DNA of 64,000 nt, from positions 1-64,000 of IMG/VR virus record IMGVR_UViG_3300046817_000745; one strand, 5' to 3'. The position numbers and the translations under genes were made by a program. This document shows positions 1-9,057 of this stretch, piece after piece (the first letter of the stretch is position 1; the number at the start of each line of letters is the position of its first letter). The notes under the pieces were generated by a model. The model was not told the DNA's origin. It saw only the letters and a program-made list of their open reading frames with translations, and made no database searches. Source of the stretch: a virus.

Positions 1-1
1 C

Positions 2-490
2 GTCACCCCGGTCCCCGACGGCACACCGATTCCGCACGGCCGGTCCACACCGCCGCAGGTCGGCCAGGTGGTGCCTGCGGACGACGTCGCCGAGAAGCTG
101 GAGACCGAGCCGGGCGAGCATGTCGTGCGCCGCCGTCGCGTCATGTTCGGGGACGACGGCGCCGCGACTCAGATCGGCGTCTCCTACATCCCGCTGTCGA
201 TCGCACGGGGAACGGAGCTGGAGCGTCCCGCCCGCTTGCGTGGCGCGGTGCCTGCCGCTCTGCGGCGCGCCGGCTACCCGCCGCGCACCGCCCGCGAGTG
301 GGTCACCGCCCGGATGCCGGCCGCGGAAGAGGCCAAGATCCTGCGGATCACCGCGGGTGTCCCCGTGCTGCGCACGCTCCGCCTGACATGTACGGATCTC
401 GACGTGCCCGTCGAGGTGCTGGAAATCATCTTCAGCGCCGATATCTACGAGCTGGAATACGAACTGCAGATCCATGAGGAGGAATCGTGA
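2..490 (+). CDS. GntR/HutC-family regulator, UTRA domain (KorSA/TraR-like); 5'-truncated
   Basis: Frame open from base 2; UTRA-like segments VVRRRRVM, EWVTARMP..EE...L, PVEV; HTH would lie upstream of the window. Confidence 0.85.
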   Translation, partial: VTPVPDGTPIPHGRSTPPQVGQVVPADDVAEKLETEPGEHVVRRRRVMFGDDGAATQIGVSYIPLSIARGTELERPARLRGAVPAALRRAGYPPRTAREWVTARMPAAEEAKILRITAGVPVLRTLRLTCTDLDVPVEVLEIIFSADIYELEYELQIHEEES

Positions 491-1368
491 AGCCGGGCCG
501 CAAGAACACAGACGCAGTCGAGGCGATCACCTTTTGGGTGGTCGGCGCCGGCCTGTGCACGATCCCCCTCCTGGTCTTCTTTTTCTCCTTCGGGAACGTC
601 GGTGCATTCGCGGAAAGCCTCGGCATGCCGCACCGCATCGCCTACCTCAACGGGCCGGCCATCGACCTGGCCGCCACCGTGTGCGTCGTCGCGTCCTCGT
701 ACCTCTCGACCAAGGATCTCTCTGAGAGCAGGCTGTGGCCGCTGCACCTGGCCACGTTCGTCTGCGGGCTGATGATGATCCTGCTGAACACCGCGGGCGC
801 ACTGCACACCCGGCAGTGGCGACTGGCATCCGTCGACTGCGTCGGCCCCGTCCTGCTGATCGGCTGGGGCGCCCTGGCGCCTTGGCTGTGGCGCAATCTG
901 ACCGAGGCGCGGCGCGGTGCTGCCGCCCCGGCAACCGGGCGCATTTCCGCCCGGCAACGAACGTCCACTGCCGCCCCGGAAATGCCGGCCGCACCCGGCA
1001 ACAGGGCGGCAGTGGACCCGGCAGCGGGCGGCAGTACTGCCGCCCCGGCATTGCCGCCCGCTGTCACTGACTTCCGGAAGCCTGCCGCCCCCCGGGGCGG
1101 AAACGTGCTCGAGTTCGCTGCCGCCCCTGGCCGGCGTTCCGCCCCCAACTGGGCGCAGCTCGCGCTGCCGCTGTGGAACCGCCATGTCGAGACGACCGGC
1201 CGCACGCCGACCGCCACAGAGCTGGCCGCCGCGCTGCGCCACACACATCCGAGCCTCGACGTACCCAAGAGCGACCGGTCTGAGCGCAACATCCGATCGG
1301 CCACCGAGGATCTCTGGCTGTCGACGGTGGCGGATGCACCGAAGACCAAGCAAGAGGAGGCCGGCTGA
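487..1368 (+). CDS. DUF2637-like multi-pass membrane protein (plasmid spread/transfer accessory)
   Basis: About four N-terminal hydrophobic segments, Ala/Pro-rich linker, small C-terminal domain; GTGA overlap with upstream gene, directly before traB. Confidence 0.7.
   Translation: MKPGRKNTDAVEAITFWVVGAGLCTIPLLVFFFSFGNVGAFAESLGMPHRIAYLNGPAIDLAATVCVVASSYLSTKDLSESRLWPLHLATFVCGLMMILLNTAGALHTRQWRLASVDCVGPVLLIGWGALAPWLWRNLTEARRGAAAPATGRISARQRTSTAAPEMPAAPGNRAAVDPAAGGSTAAPALPPAVTDFRKPAAPRGGNVLEFAAAPGRRSAPNWAQLALPLWNRHVETTGRTPTATELAAALRHTHPSLDVPKSDRSERNIRSATEDLWLSTVADAPKTKQEEAG
921..1145. repeat. Cluster of TGCCGCCC(C) repeats, direct and inverted
   Basis: Copies at 921, 969, 1038, 1052, 1083, 1119; inverted copies at 1004 and 1026; perfect palindrome GGGCGGCAGTACTGCCGCCC at 1026-1045. 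Confidence 0.7.
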
Positions 1369-3575
1369 TGCGCATGCGCCACGCCACACGCCACGCCACG
1401 CCACACGAAAACGTCGGCGCGATCGGGAATCTGGACGCCCAGGGCGCCGACCTTGTGCTGCGTGGCGTGGCGAGCGGATCGATCGATCCCTACGCGACCA
1501 GCGGCTACGCACAGACTGTCACGCAAACGATCGCCACGAGCCCCTACTCGGCAGTTCCCTCTCTCGCTGCCCTCGTGGCGGATCAGATCACCCCCGGCCT
1601 GGCGGACCGCACCGGCCCGGGAGCGTTCCAGAGACTGCAAGACTGGCACGTCATTCCTGCCGGTGTCATCGCCGGAGCACTCATCTGCGGTGCCGAATCG
1701 CACCACCAGCCGCTGCACGCATGGTTCGGTGGCGGGTTCACCGCAGCCGGGATCGCCGCCACCGCGGTCTACGGGGCCGTGCACGTCGCGCGCGCGATCA
1801 ACGGCGAGGACGAAGGCTCGGTCTCCGGCGGAGTACACGTGATCGGCCTGGGCGGCATCGGACTGGCGGCATTCGGCATCGCGTCGATTTCCGGTGCGAG
1901 TCCTCTCACTGCCGGGGTCGGCATCGGGCTGCTCACTGCCGGGTACTACGCCTGGTTCCAGACCCGGCACTCGCGGCTGCAGGATCAGCGCGGATTCCTG
2001 GTTGGCCACACTGCCGCTGCCACCCCGGCAGTCCTCGGAATGCCGGGCGGCATTGCCGCCCCCGTTGCCGCCCCCGTTGCCGGGCAGCTCGCATCCCATG
2101 AGGAGGCGATCGTGTATCGGGCGTTCGCCGACATGGGCATCGAACCGATCACCCTGCGCGCGTTCGAGCGCATCGACAAGGACGCTTTCAACGTGATCGT
2201 CGGGCTGCCCGGCAGCCGCGCGGACGACCCCGAGTCGGTGGTGCGCCGCAGTGAGACGCTCAAGAGCAACCTGCGCGCCACCCAGATCGCGGTCGAGGCC
2301 CTGCCGGACCAGGGTAACGAGGTCGCGCTCATGGCCCGGTTCGGTTCGGCCAGCCCGATCCTGGAAACCATCCCCTGGCCCGGACCGCAGACTGATGATG
2401 TGACCCAGCCTATTCGGATGGGGCTGACGCATTACGGTTCACCGGTCATGGTGCATTTCGCGAAAAGGCACACCCTGTTCGCCGGGAAGACCCGACGTGG
2501 AAAGTCCGCCGGTGTGCAGGTTGCCGTGTGTTCGATCGGGGCCACGAGAAACGGCCAGCTGTGGTTCCTCGATTTGAAGCCGGGTCAATTGGCGCTTGGT
2601 CCGTTCGAGCCGCTGTCCGCGCAGTTCGCCGACACCCTGCCCAAGGCCGCGCTGCTGATCGCCGCTGCGGTCGCCGCGATGGAGGAGAACGGAGAGATCC
2701 TCAAGGAAGAGCGCGAGCGCACCGGCGTCCCGGTGTGGGAGTGGGACCCGGCCGTGCACGGCTCCGGCATCTTCCTCGTCATCGACGAGCTCGCGGATTT
2801 CCTGCGCCTGGACCCCGAGATCTACGAGCAGTGGCTGCGCCTGATGCAGCTGGGCGCCGGCCTCGGCGTCTACATCATCGGCGCCACCCAGTCGCCGTCC
2901 GCGAAGGCGCTGGGCAACTCGACCGACGGCGGCAGCCAGTTCGGCGACATCTTCGGCTACCAGGCCAAGGGCGCCACCCAGGCCGGAGTCATCTTCGGGC
3001 AGGGCGCGTGGGGCGAGGGGTGGAAGCCGAGCGAGCGCAACCTGCCGCTGCAGGGCATGTTCCTGCTGCGCTCTCCTGAGCACACGCACCCGGTGGTCAG
3101 CCGCGGCGACTTCATCGAGCCGAACAGCGCGATGCGGATCGCCGCCGAGATCGCGGACGGCCAGCTCGCCCAGCTGCACCCGCGTACACAGGCCGCCGTC
3201 GACCGGGTGCTCGCCATGGGCGTCCCGGAGGGAACCGGCCCAGAAGGCGCCCGGCCCGCCGGAGGACAGCCGCAGGACGCACGTCCGTACGGGCGCCCGC
3301 GTCTGGTCACGCTCTACCCGGACGGTACGAAGGTCGACCCGCGGCACGAAGACATGTGGGACCTGCTCGGGTCGCTCGGCGAGCGCGGCGCGACCGTGGG
3401 CGATCTCTCCCTGGCCGCCAAGCGCGCCGGACATGAGCGATGCTCACTCGCCTGGGTGCGCGACCTGTGCAAGAACTGGCGCACCGCCGGGAACGTCATG
3501 GTCGAGGAGGGTAAGGAGCCGCGGTATTGGCGCGACGACGACACCCTCAAGCGGCGCGCCCGCCAGGAGGCATGA
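1368..3575 (+). CDS. traB: FtsK/SpoIIIE-family conjugative DNA translocase (TraB-like)
   Basis: N-terminal TM segments, Walker A AGKTRRGKS, Walker B FLVIDE, ATQ motif, C-terminal winged-helix-like domain; GAGGAGG RBS. Confidence 0.85.
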   Translation: MRMRHATRHATPHENVGAIGNLDAQGADLVLRGVASGSIDPYATSGYAQTVTQTIATSPYSAVPSLAALVADQITPGLADRTGPGAFQRLQDWHVIPAGVIAGALICGAESHHQPLHAWFGGGFTAAGIAATAVYGAVHVARAINGEDEGSVSGGVHVIGLGGIGLAAFGIASISGASPLTAGVGIGLLTAGYYAWFQTRHSRLQDQRGFLVGHTAAATPAVLGMPGGIAAPVAAPVAGQLASHEEAIVYRAFADMGIEPITLRAFERIDKDAFNVIVGLPGSRADDPESVVRRSETLKSNLRATQIAVEALPDQGNEVALMARFGSASPILETIPWPGPQTDDVTQPIRMGLTHYGSPVMVHFAKRHTLFAGKTRRGKSAGVQVAVCSIGATRNGQLWFLDLKPGQLALGPFEPLSAQFADTLPKAALLIAAAVAAMEENGEILKEERERTGVPVWEWDPAVHGSGIFLVIDELADFLRLDPEIYEQWLRLMQLGAGLGVYIIGATQSPSAKALGNSTDGGSQFGDIFGYQAKGATQAGVIFGQGAWGEGWKPSERNLPLQGMFLLRSPEHTHPVVSRGDFIEPNSAMRIAAEIADGQLAQLHPRTQAAVDRVLAMGVPEGTGPEGARPAGGQPQDARPYGRPRLVTLYPDGTKVDPRHEDMWDLLGSLGERGATVGDLSLAAKRAGHERCSLAWVRDLCKNWRTAGNVMVEEGKEPRYWRDDDTLKRRARQEA
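1377..1407 (+). repeat. CGCCA microrepeat at start of traB
   Basis: Five CGCCA units with two CA spacers, encoding RHATRHATPH. Confidence 0.7.
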
Positions 3576-4765
3576 TGGCCCGCCGCAGACGACGCTCCGG
3601 GTACTTCGCTCGGGAGTCCCGCAAGGCGAAGCGGGCGATGCGCCCGGACCGGATCGCGGCCCGGTTCATCTCCGGAGGCAGGCACCAGAGCTTCAAGTCG
3701 ATCGCCACATCCCCGTTCAAGCTGCACACCGTCACCTCAGGCAAGAACCGGCGCCAGCAGTATCAGGCGCTCAAACGGCGGGAGCAGCGCGCAGCCACGG
3801 CGCAGAAGCGCAAGGCGCAACGGGAAGCCGCGGCGCAGAAGAGGGCGTACGCACGCCGCGCCGCCGAGCTGAAGAAGCTCGCGCCGAAGCCGCCGCGCAA
3901 GCCTCGGGTGAAGTCACCGCCGATCGCGGTCAACCCGCGCACCGGCAAGCCGATCACCCTGGCGCAGGCGATGAAGTCGCTGAAGGACGCGCAGGATCGC
4001 GCCGACCGCCTCGCCGCCGGCCTGCCCGGCGATCCGCCGGCTAAGAAGACGGACACACCGCGCGCTGCAGCGGCGAAGAAGCCGGCAGCGAAGAAGGCAG
4101 CACCGCGCAAGCGGGCTGCGAAGAAGACCCCGCCTCCGCCGCCACCGCCTCCCGCCGTACCCGGCAAGAACCTGCGCGGCCTGTACCTGGCAGCCACCTG
4201 TGCGTGCCAGGGCACCGGCCGGATCTACACCGAGAAGAACGGCATGATCGCCGGTTCCGTCTCGTGCCCGGAGCACGGCCGCGCCGCACGCGGAGGCCGA
4301 AAGATCACATCGCGGCGCGCCGTGAAGAACGCGGGCCTGCCCGGGCTCGCCTCCTGGCTGGAGACCAAGGCGAGCGCCGGCCGCGGCAACCTCGACAAGA
4401 AACAGCAGCGGGCCGCCGACCGCGCTGATCGCAAGATCCGGTACGCCGGGCCCACCGAGGTGTGCGGCGCCTGTGACGACGGCATCGTCAACCGCGAGCT
4501 GACCGACCAGCTGCGTGCGCGGTACATCGCCCGGATCGTGGCTGATCGCGACGCTGCAGGCCGCAAGCCGTTGGGCGCGCGCAAGCTGGAAGCGATGGCG
4601 CGCAAGGCGTACCCGTATGACCACTGCCGTGCGTGCCGCGGACTGGCTGTCATTCCGGATCCGCACGCGGGAGCGTGGCTGGACCGGGCGCAGCTGCACG
4701 CGCAGCACCAACCCACCGCACGCGAACTGGCGACGGGCCGGGTCGTACCGGGCCGACGCACCTGA
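3572..4765 (+). CDS. Basic Lys/Arg-rich protein with Cys-pair zinc-binding motifs
   Basis: GGAGG RBS, ATGA overlap with traB; AAKKPAAKK tract; CACQGTG, CPEH, CGACDDG, CRACRG. Confidence 0.75.
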   Translation: MMARRRRRSGYFARESRKAKRAMRPDRIAARFISGGRHQSFKSIATSPFKLHTVTSGKNRRQQYQALKRREQRAATAQKRKAQREAAAQKRAYARRAAELKKLAPKPPRKPRVKSPPIAVNPRTGKPITLAQAMKSLKDAQDRADRLAAGLPGDPPAKKTDTPRAAAAKKPAAKKAAPRKRAAKKTPPPPPPPPAVPGKNLRGLYLAATCACQGTGRIYTEKNGMIAGSVSCPEHGRAARGGRKITSRRAVKNAGLPGLASWLETKASAGRGNLDKKQQRAADRADRKIRYAGPTEVCGACDDGIVNRELTDQLRARYIARIVADRDAAGRKPLGARKLEAMARKAYPYDHCRACRGLAVIPDPHAGAWLDRAQLHAQHQPTARELATGRVVPGRRT

Positions 4766-4781
4766 GCGCTACATTGCAGAC

Positions 4782-5012
4782 ATGACCACTCGGCTGCAGG
4801 CACTCGTGGTGATCCGGGCCGGAACGGAGCGGGCGCGCTGGCCCGACATCCAGCCCGGCGATGTGTGGGACGACACCGACGACCTCAACGCCTCCCGGCT
4901 GATCAGTGCCGGCCTGGCAACCGCGGCGCCGGCAGGCACGGTCAACTACCCGCATCACTCCCTGGCCCTGCTCGACGGGGTGCCGGGGCTGCGCAAGGCG
5001 GTGAGCAACTGA
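4782..5012 (+). CDS. Small hypothetical protein ending KAVSN
   Basis: ATG 4782, TGATG coupling to next gene; PGDVW...A..L...GLA pattern shared with small head-operon proteins. Confidence 0.7.
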   Translation: MTTRLQALVVIRAGTERARWPDIQPGDVWDDTDDLNASRLISAGLATAAPAGTVNYPHHSLALLDGVPGLRKAVSN

Positions 5013-5278
5013 TGACGATCTATACCCGTCACCCGTTGTGGGGGCCGGGATCCGCGCAGCGGCTGCCCCGCCCGAGCATGTCTGTGCGAGTCCGGATCCG
5101 CCCGGGCGTCCTGTCCGGTCTGTACGCAGCGGTCAGCCGGGACGTCTCGAAAGGCGCGCCGCAGGCGCCGCGCACTCCGACGCGTCCGGCCAATGAAACC
5201 GACTTCACTGCGGACGGCGTCGCCGAGCCGGGCAGCGAGGTGCCCATGCCGCAGTGGCACCCGGGCGTCACCAACTAG
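5012..5278 (+). CDS. Small hypothetical protein ending PGVTN
   Basis: ATG overlaps upstream stop (TGATG). Confidence 0.6.
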   Translation: MTIYTRHPLWGPGSAQRLPRPSMSVRVRIRPGVLSGLYAAVSRDVSKGAPQAPRTPTRPANETDFTADGVAEPGSEVPMPQWHPGVTN

Positions 5279-5316
5279 CCAGGACTACAGACCCTCGTGA
5301 TATCCGGCGGAGCCGG

Positions 5317-5331
5317 TAGTGTTGTCATCAG
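5317..5331 (+). promoter_or_regulatory. Putative -10 (TAGTGT) overlapped by GTTGTCATCAG box
   Basis: Intergenic; same box repeated at other promoter-like sites. Confidence 0.55.
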
Positions 5332-5344
5332 AGGGGTGAAGACA

Positions 5345-5776
5345 GTGAAGATCACTGTACGAGGGATTGCCGCAGTCGCAGTGTGCACAGCTCTGGCGGG
5401 GTGCGGCGGACCGCCTGGACACACCGCCGCGGCATCTCCGGTTCGAGCGGCTGCCGCCAACCCGGTCACGCTCTTGGCGCGAATGCACGTTCCGATCCCG
5501 CCAGGGGTGAGCGTCGGGAGCGTGGACATCTACGGCGACCGGTACGCGAGCGCCTCGTTCGCCGACGGAGAGTTGGTCACGGTGTCCACCTACGCCACCG
5601 AGGCGGCCGAGGCCGCGGGCATCGCACGCAACAGCGCTCCGAGCGACGTGAACAAACTGCTCACGGGCGCCCTGTTCACCGTGACGGTGACCGGCGTGGA
5701 CTCGGGCAGCGGCGGGATCAGCTTCCCGGAGAGCCCGGCATTGCTCGCGCAGGAGACAGGTTCGCAGGTCAAGTGA
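5345..5776 (+). CDS. Lipoprotein
   Basis: Basic N-terminus, hydrophobic stretch, lipobox LAGC; start uncertain (5336 or 5345). Confidence 0.8.
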   Translation: MKITVRGIAAVAVCTALAGCGGPPGHTAAASPVRAAAANPVTLLARMHVPIPPGVSVGSVDIYGDRYASASFADGELVTVSTYATEAAEAAGIARNSAPSDVNKLLTGALFTVTVTGVDSGSGGISFPESPALLAQETGSQVK

Positions 5777-5796
5777 TTGCGGTATGTCATAGATAG

Positions 5797-5829
5797 GCGG
5801 GACTGTCGGCCGCACTCCGACAGTCCCGC
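5797..5829 (+). terminator. Stem-loop terminator
   Basis: 13-bp perfect inverted repeat GCGGGACTGTCGG/CCGACAGTCCCGC after lipoprotein stop. Confidence 0.7.
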
Positions 5830-5862
5830 TGTCGCGTCATTCTAGAGAACGGAGATCGGACC

Positions 5863-6267
5863 ATGGCACTTCGCCGCCCGCCCCGTGACTGGTCAAGGCG
5901 CGTGGTCGATGAGACCGGCCGCCCGGTCAACCACGACTACTTCCACGAGCTGTCCCCGGCATTCACGACGGCACAGGATGCGGGTGCCACGACCGAGCTC
6001 CTGCCGGTGACGCAGCACAGCAGTTCGATGGCCGTGCGCCCGGGACCGCGACCTCTGCCGAAGTGGTATCTGGACTGGGAGGAGCGTGCCAGTAGCCTGG
6101 GTGCGTTCTGGAAGCAGGTCGACAAGAGGTTCGCGCAGCTCAGCGAGTACGTGTCCGGCAAGTCGCAGTTCGACGACGGCCAGGTCCGCAAATGGTCGGA
6201 GCACATACGGACCCAGCTGCCCGAAGCCGGTCGGATACCTGATTGGCGCATCCCCGTAGGCCGATGA
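5863..6267 (+). CDS. Hypothetical protein
   Basis: GGAG RBS, ATG start, 134-aa ORF filling the gap. Confidence 0.65.
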   Translation: MALRRPPRDWSRRVVDETGRPVNHDYFHELSPAFTTAQDAGATTELLPVTQHSSSMAVRPGPRPLPKWYLDWEERASSLGAFWKQVDKRFAQLSEYVSGKSQFDDGQVRKWSEHIRTQLPEAGRIPDWRIPVGR

Positions 6268-6274
6268 CGCCGGG

Positions 6275-6330
6275 TTGTCACCCTGCCGCGCCGTGCTAGA
6301 CTTGTCATCAGATAGACAGTTCAGGGAAGA
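6275..6330 (+). promoter_or_regulatory. Sigma70/HrdB-like promoter with CTTGTCATCAG box and TCAGGGAAGA motif
   Basis: TTGTCA at 6275, extended -10 TGcTAGACT 6294-6302, box 6301-6311, start-associated motif 6321-6330. Confidence 0.65.
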
Positions 6331-6336
6331 CGAAGG

Positions 6337-6603
6337 ATGAGGGTCGACATGAGCAAGGTCACTGTGGTTCTCGCTGACGGCATTGCGACGTACGACCGTG
6401 CATCGCGTGGTGTCGAGATGGCGCTTCAGCGTCGCTTTGACAACCCGACCGGCATCGCCACACACAGCCCCGACAAGCCCGGTTACTACCTGTTCGATGT
6501 GCGCAACTGGTGGGACGGCCCGAGCGAGATCCAGGACAACGGCGACGGCACGCTCACGTACACCAATCCTTGGGACGGACACAGCGACACGTTCACCGTC
6601 TGA
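6337..6603 (+). CDS. Hypothetical protein
   Basis: First ORF after promoter, GC3-rich codons. Confidence 0.7.
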   Translation: MRVDMSKVTVVLADGIATYDRASRGVEMALQRRFDNPTGIATHSPDKPGYYLFDVRNWWDGPSEIQDNGDGTLTYTNPWDGHSDTFTV

Positions 6604-6622
6604 CCGAGGGGATGTGTTGATC

Positions 6623-6895
6623 ATGGCCAAACGCTACTACTGCCCGGCTCAGCAACTCGGCTGGGGCTGTGACCGAGGCAGCGGAACCGCCCCTCGGCCG
6701 AAGTGCCGTTACTGCGGTACGGAGCTGATCACAGAGACCGGGTCGCACTGCGTCTTCCACTGGCGCGCGGACAGTCGCTACCAGGCCAAGGACGCCGTGC
6801 GCGTGTACCAGTCCCCGAAGGCCGCACAGAAATACGCAGACGATCACGGCGATGACCTGGTCGTGCGCTGGATCGATGAAGGGGCATCCCGATGA
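6623..6895 (+). CDS. Hypothetical Cys-containing (possible zinc-binding) protein
   Basis: GAGGG RBS; C..C and CRYC motifs; ATGA overlap with next gene. Confidence 0.65.
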   Translation: MAKRYYCPAQQLGWGCDRGSGTAPRPKCRYCGTELITETGSHCVFHWRADSRYQAKDAVRVYQSPKAAQKYADDHGDDLVVRWIDEGASR

Positions 6896-7734
6896 CACGA
6901 TTCGCCAATCTCACCGCTCTGCGCGAGCACCTGCGCAACCCGGCCGAGCCGATGTTCATCGGTGGCCAGGATGATCGGGATGAGCGTACGGCCTTCCTCA
7001 AGGCACTGGCCGACAATCCGACCCTCGCCCTGAGCAAGGCCGGGCGGCTGATGTGCTACCGCTACGAGAAGACCTGGTACGTCTCCGCCCCGGGCGTGGC
7101 ACGCACCGTTCCGACGGCCCTGTTCCACGTCACGACCAAGGCCAAGGCGCTGCTGTTCGCCGAGCTGCTCGAGCAAGGGCTCGACCTGCCGTGGGACGGC
7201 GACGACGTCGTCGAGGAGATGCGGGCGTATCCCGCTGCGCACGACGGACGCACGGCACCGGGCGCGATCCTGCGCCTGGTCGCGGGCAACCCGGTCCTGG
7301 ACAAGGACGGGACCGTGGCGCAGTGGGTATCCGACGAGGACGTATCCGACGCACGGCGCGGACGTGTCAAGATCCGTGAGACGGCGGCCGGGTACACCGA
7401 GCGAATCAAGGTTTCCGAGATCGAGATCGGCGACAGAATCTCGTACGCGTACGCGGGGTACACCTTGCCGATCTCGCTGCGTGCTGCCGGGGTCTCGGCC
7501 ACGCGGCAGTACTACCACTTGACGATCCGGGCCACCGTCCTGGACGACGGACAGAACATGACGCGGCACGGCAACAACTACGACGAGTTCAAGGACGGCA
7601 TGCGCTTCAAGGTGCGGGACGCGTCCTGGTTCAACGACGACACCGACGCACAGGGCGTGCTCGCGGCCGGCCACGCGCCGACGGTCGAGTGGATGACCAC
7701 GGTGCTGCGCAAGCCGAAGAAGGCTTCGAAATGA
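6892..7734 (+). CDS. Hypothetical protein (280 aa)
   Basis: Coupled ORF with typical codon bias. Confidence 0.75.
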   Translation: MTRFANLTALREHLRNPAEPMFIGGQDDRDERTAFLKALADNPTLALSKAGRLMCYRYEKTWYVSAPGVARTVPTALFHVTTKAKALLFAELLEQGLDLPWDGDDVVEEMRAYPAAHDGRTAPGAILRLVAGNPVLDKDGTVAQWVSDEDVSDARRGRVKIRETAAGYTERIKVSEIEIGDRISYAYAGYTLPISLRAAGVSATRQYYHLTIRATVLDDGQNMTRHGNNYDEFKDGMRFKVRDASWFNDDTDAQGVLAAGHAPTVEWMTTVLRKPKKASK

Positions 7735-8069
7735 CCGATCTCGCCGTACAGCTTCAACAAATCGCCGACGCCGACCACGCGCGCCAGCCGCTGTGCTCCG
7801 GCTGCGGACGCGGCGGCACGCCGTACGAGCACAACGGCGTGCGGTTCGACGGTCTGCACGCGCACCGAGGCGACCGCGTCTGCTCTCTGTGTCTGCGCGC
7901 CCGCGCCGACGACGAAGGCGTCGACATCCTGGTCACGGACGACCGCCCCGGCTACGGGTCGTACGTCTGCAACACCGCCCGCGACGGTGACAAGATTGCG
8001 GTGCAGCTCCCGCCGCATCTGCGCGGTATCGACGGACGCGATGCTCGGCGCAAAGGGAAGGGCGTCTGA
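7731..8069 (+). CDS. Hypothetical zinc-finger-like protein
   Basis: ATGA overlap; CSGC and CSLC. Confidence 0.65.
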   Translation: MTDLAVQLQQIADADHARQPLCSGCGRGGTPYEHNGVRFDGLHAHRGDRVCSLCLRARADDEGVDILVTDDRPGYGSYVCNTARDGDKIAVQLPPHLRGIDGRDARRKGKGV

Positions 8070-8072
8070 GAT

Positions 8073-8333
8073 ATGAGCCACACCAAAACCACTGGCAAAG
8101 ACCCGGTGCTCGTAGACATCACGGACTGCTGCTGTGGCAGGCTGCACGTGATGTCCCAGCTCGCCTGGGAGAAGTACCGCCGGGCCGTGGCGGGCAAGCC
8201 GTCCGCGATGCCGGTCGGCAACGGGTTCGGCTGCTGGCGAGTGCCACGCATCTTCATCGCCTGCCACGGGCTCGTGGCCGCCGAGATACCGGCACTGGCG
8301 GAGCGCTACGGCTGGGCCGAGGTCCGACCGTGA
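8073..8333 (+). CDS. Hypothetical protein
   Basis: Tightly packed ORF in operon. Confidence 0.6.
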   Translation: MSHTKTTGKDPVLVDITDCCCGRLHVMSQLAWEKYRRAVAGKPSAMPVGNGFGCWRVPRIFIACHGLVAAEIPALAERYGWAEVRP

Positions 8334-8575
8334 CGCAGTGCCCGTGGACGATCAGAGCGTCCGTGGACATCACCGTGCAGTGCGGCCGGAACAAGCACGG
8401 CGGCGACCCGCACCACCGCGGCAAGCACACCAACCCGGCGGCCGCTAACGGGTACACGGTGATTTCGTGGCTGGCCGGCGACCGCCGGGAGTACACCGGC
8501 GAGTGGCCCGGGCCGTGTGACAAGACCCCGGGGTGCGTCCTGCACCTCGGTCATCGCGGAAGGTGCGCGACATGA
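8330..8575 (+). CDS. Hypothetical Cys/His-rich protein
   Basis: GTGA overlap; C...H.G.H motifs. Confidence 0.6.
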   Translation: MTQCPWTIRASVDITVQCGRNKHGGDPHHRGKHTNPAAANGYTVISWLAGDRREYTGEWPGPCDKTPGCVLHLGHRGRCAT

Positions 8576-9057
8576 CCGAGATCATCGAGTTCCTGACGAA
8601 GCGGTACGACGAAAAGGAAGCCGCCGCGCGCGCTGCCGACAGAGCCGATCCCGCCCCCTGGACAGCCGAAGCCACCGATAAAGGCGACACCCGCGAACGC
8701 AGCGGCCACGGCTTCGGGGGTGTCATCGCGGCCGACGACGTCGCGCTGTGGGACACCGAAGGCAGTCGCACACTGTGCATGACAGCACCGACTTCGCGGC
8801 ACGTCGCGATGCACGATCCGGCCCGGGTGCTCGCCGAAGTTGCGGCGAAGCGGAAGCGGCTCGCCCTGCACAAGCCCGGGCCAGTCGGAAAATACGGCGA
8901 CCCGGTGCCGCGCTGCCTTGTGTGCCTGAGCGACCGGGCCGGGCGGCTGAGCGACGACTGGCAGGCGGACGTGTACCCGTGCGCGACGATCCTGCTGGAC
9001 GCCGCCGTCTATGCCGACCACATCGACTACCAGCAGAAATGGAGCGTCGATGACTGA
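8572..9057 (+). CDS. DUF6221-like actinophage protein
   Basis: Motifs FL..RYDE, HDPARVLAEVAAKR, YADH.DYQQKW. Confidence 0.8.
   Translation: MTEIIEFLTKRYDEKEAAARAADRADPAPWTAEATDKGDTRERSGHGFGGVIAADDVALWDTEGSRTLCMTAPTSRHVAMHDPARVLAEVAAKRKRLALHKPGPVGKYGDPVPRCLVCLSDRAGRLSDDWQADVYPCATILLDAAVYADHIDYQQKWSVDD

Larger units (their letters stand above)
1..4765 (+). mobile_element. Streptomyces plasmid/AICE-type conjugative transfer module
   Basis: Translationally coupled GntR-UTRA, DUF2637-like and FtsK/TraB-like genes, an arrangement resembling kor-spd-tra loci. Confidence 0.75.

Noticed and set aside
445-3434. Long minus-strand ORFs (445-1512, 642-2432, 2439-3434)
   Set aside because: Antisense shadows of well-supported plus-strand genes in high-GC DNA; no motifs
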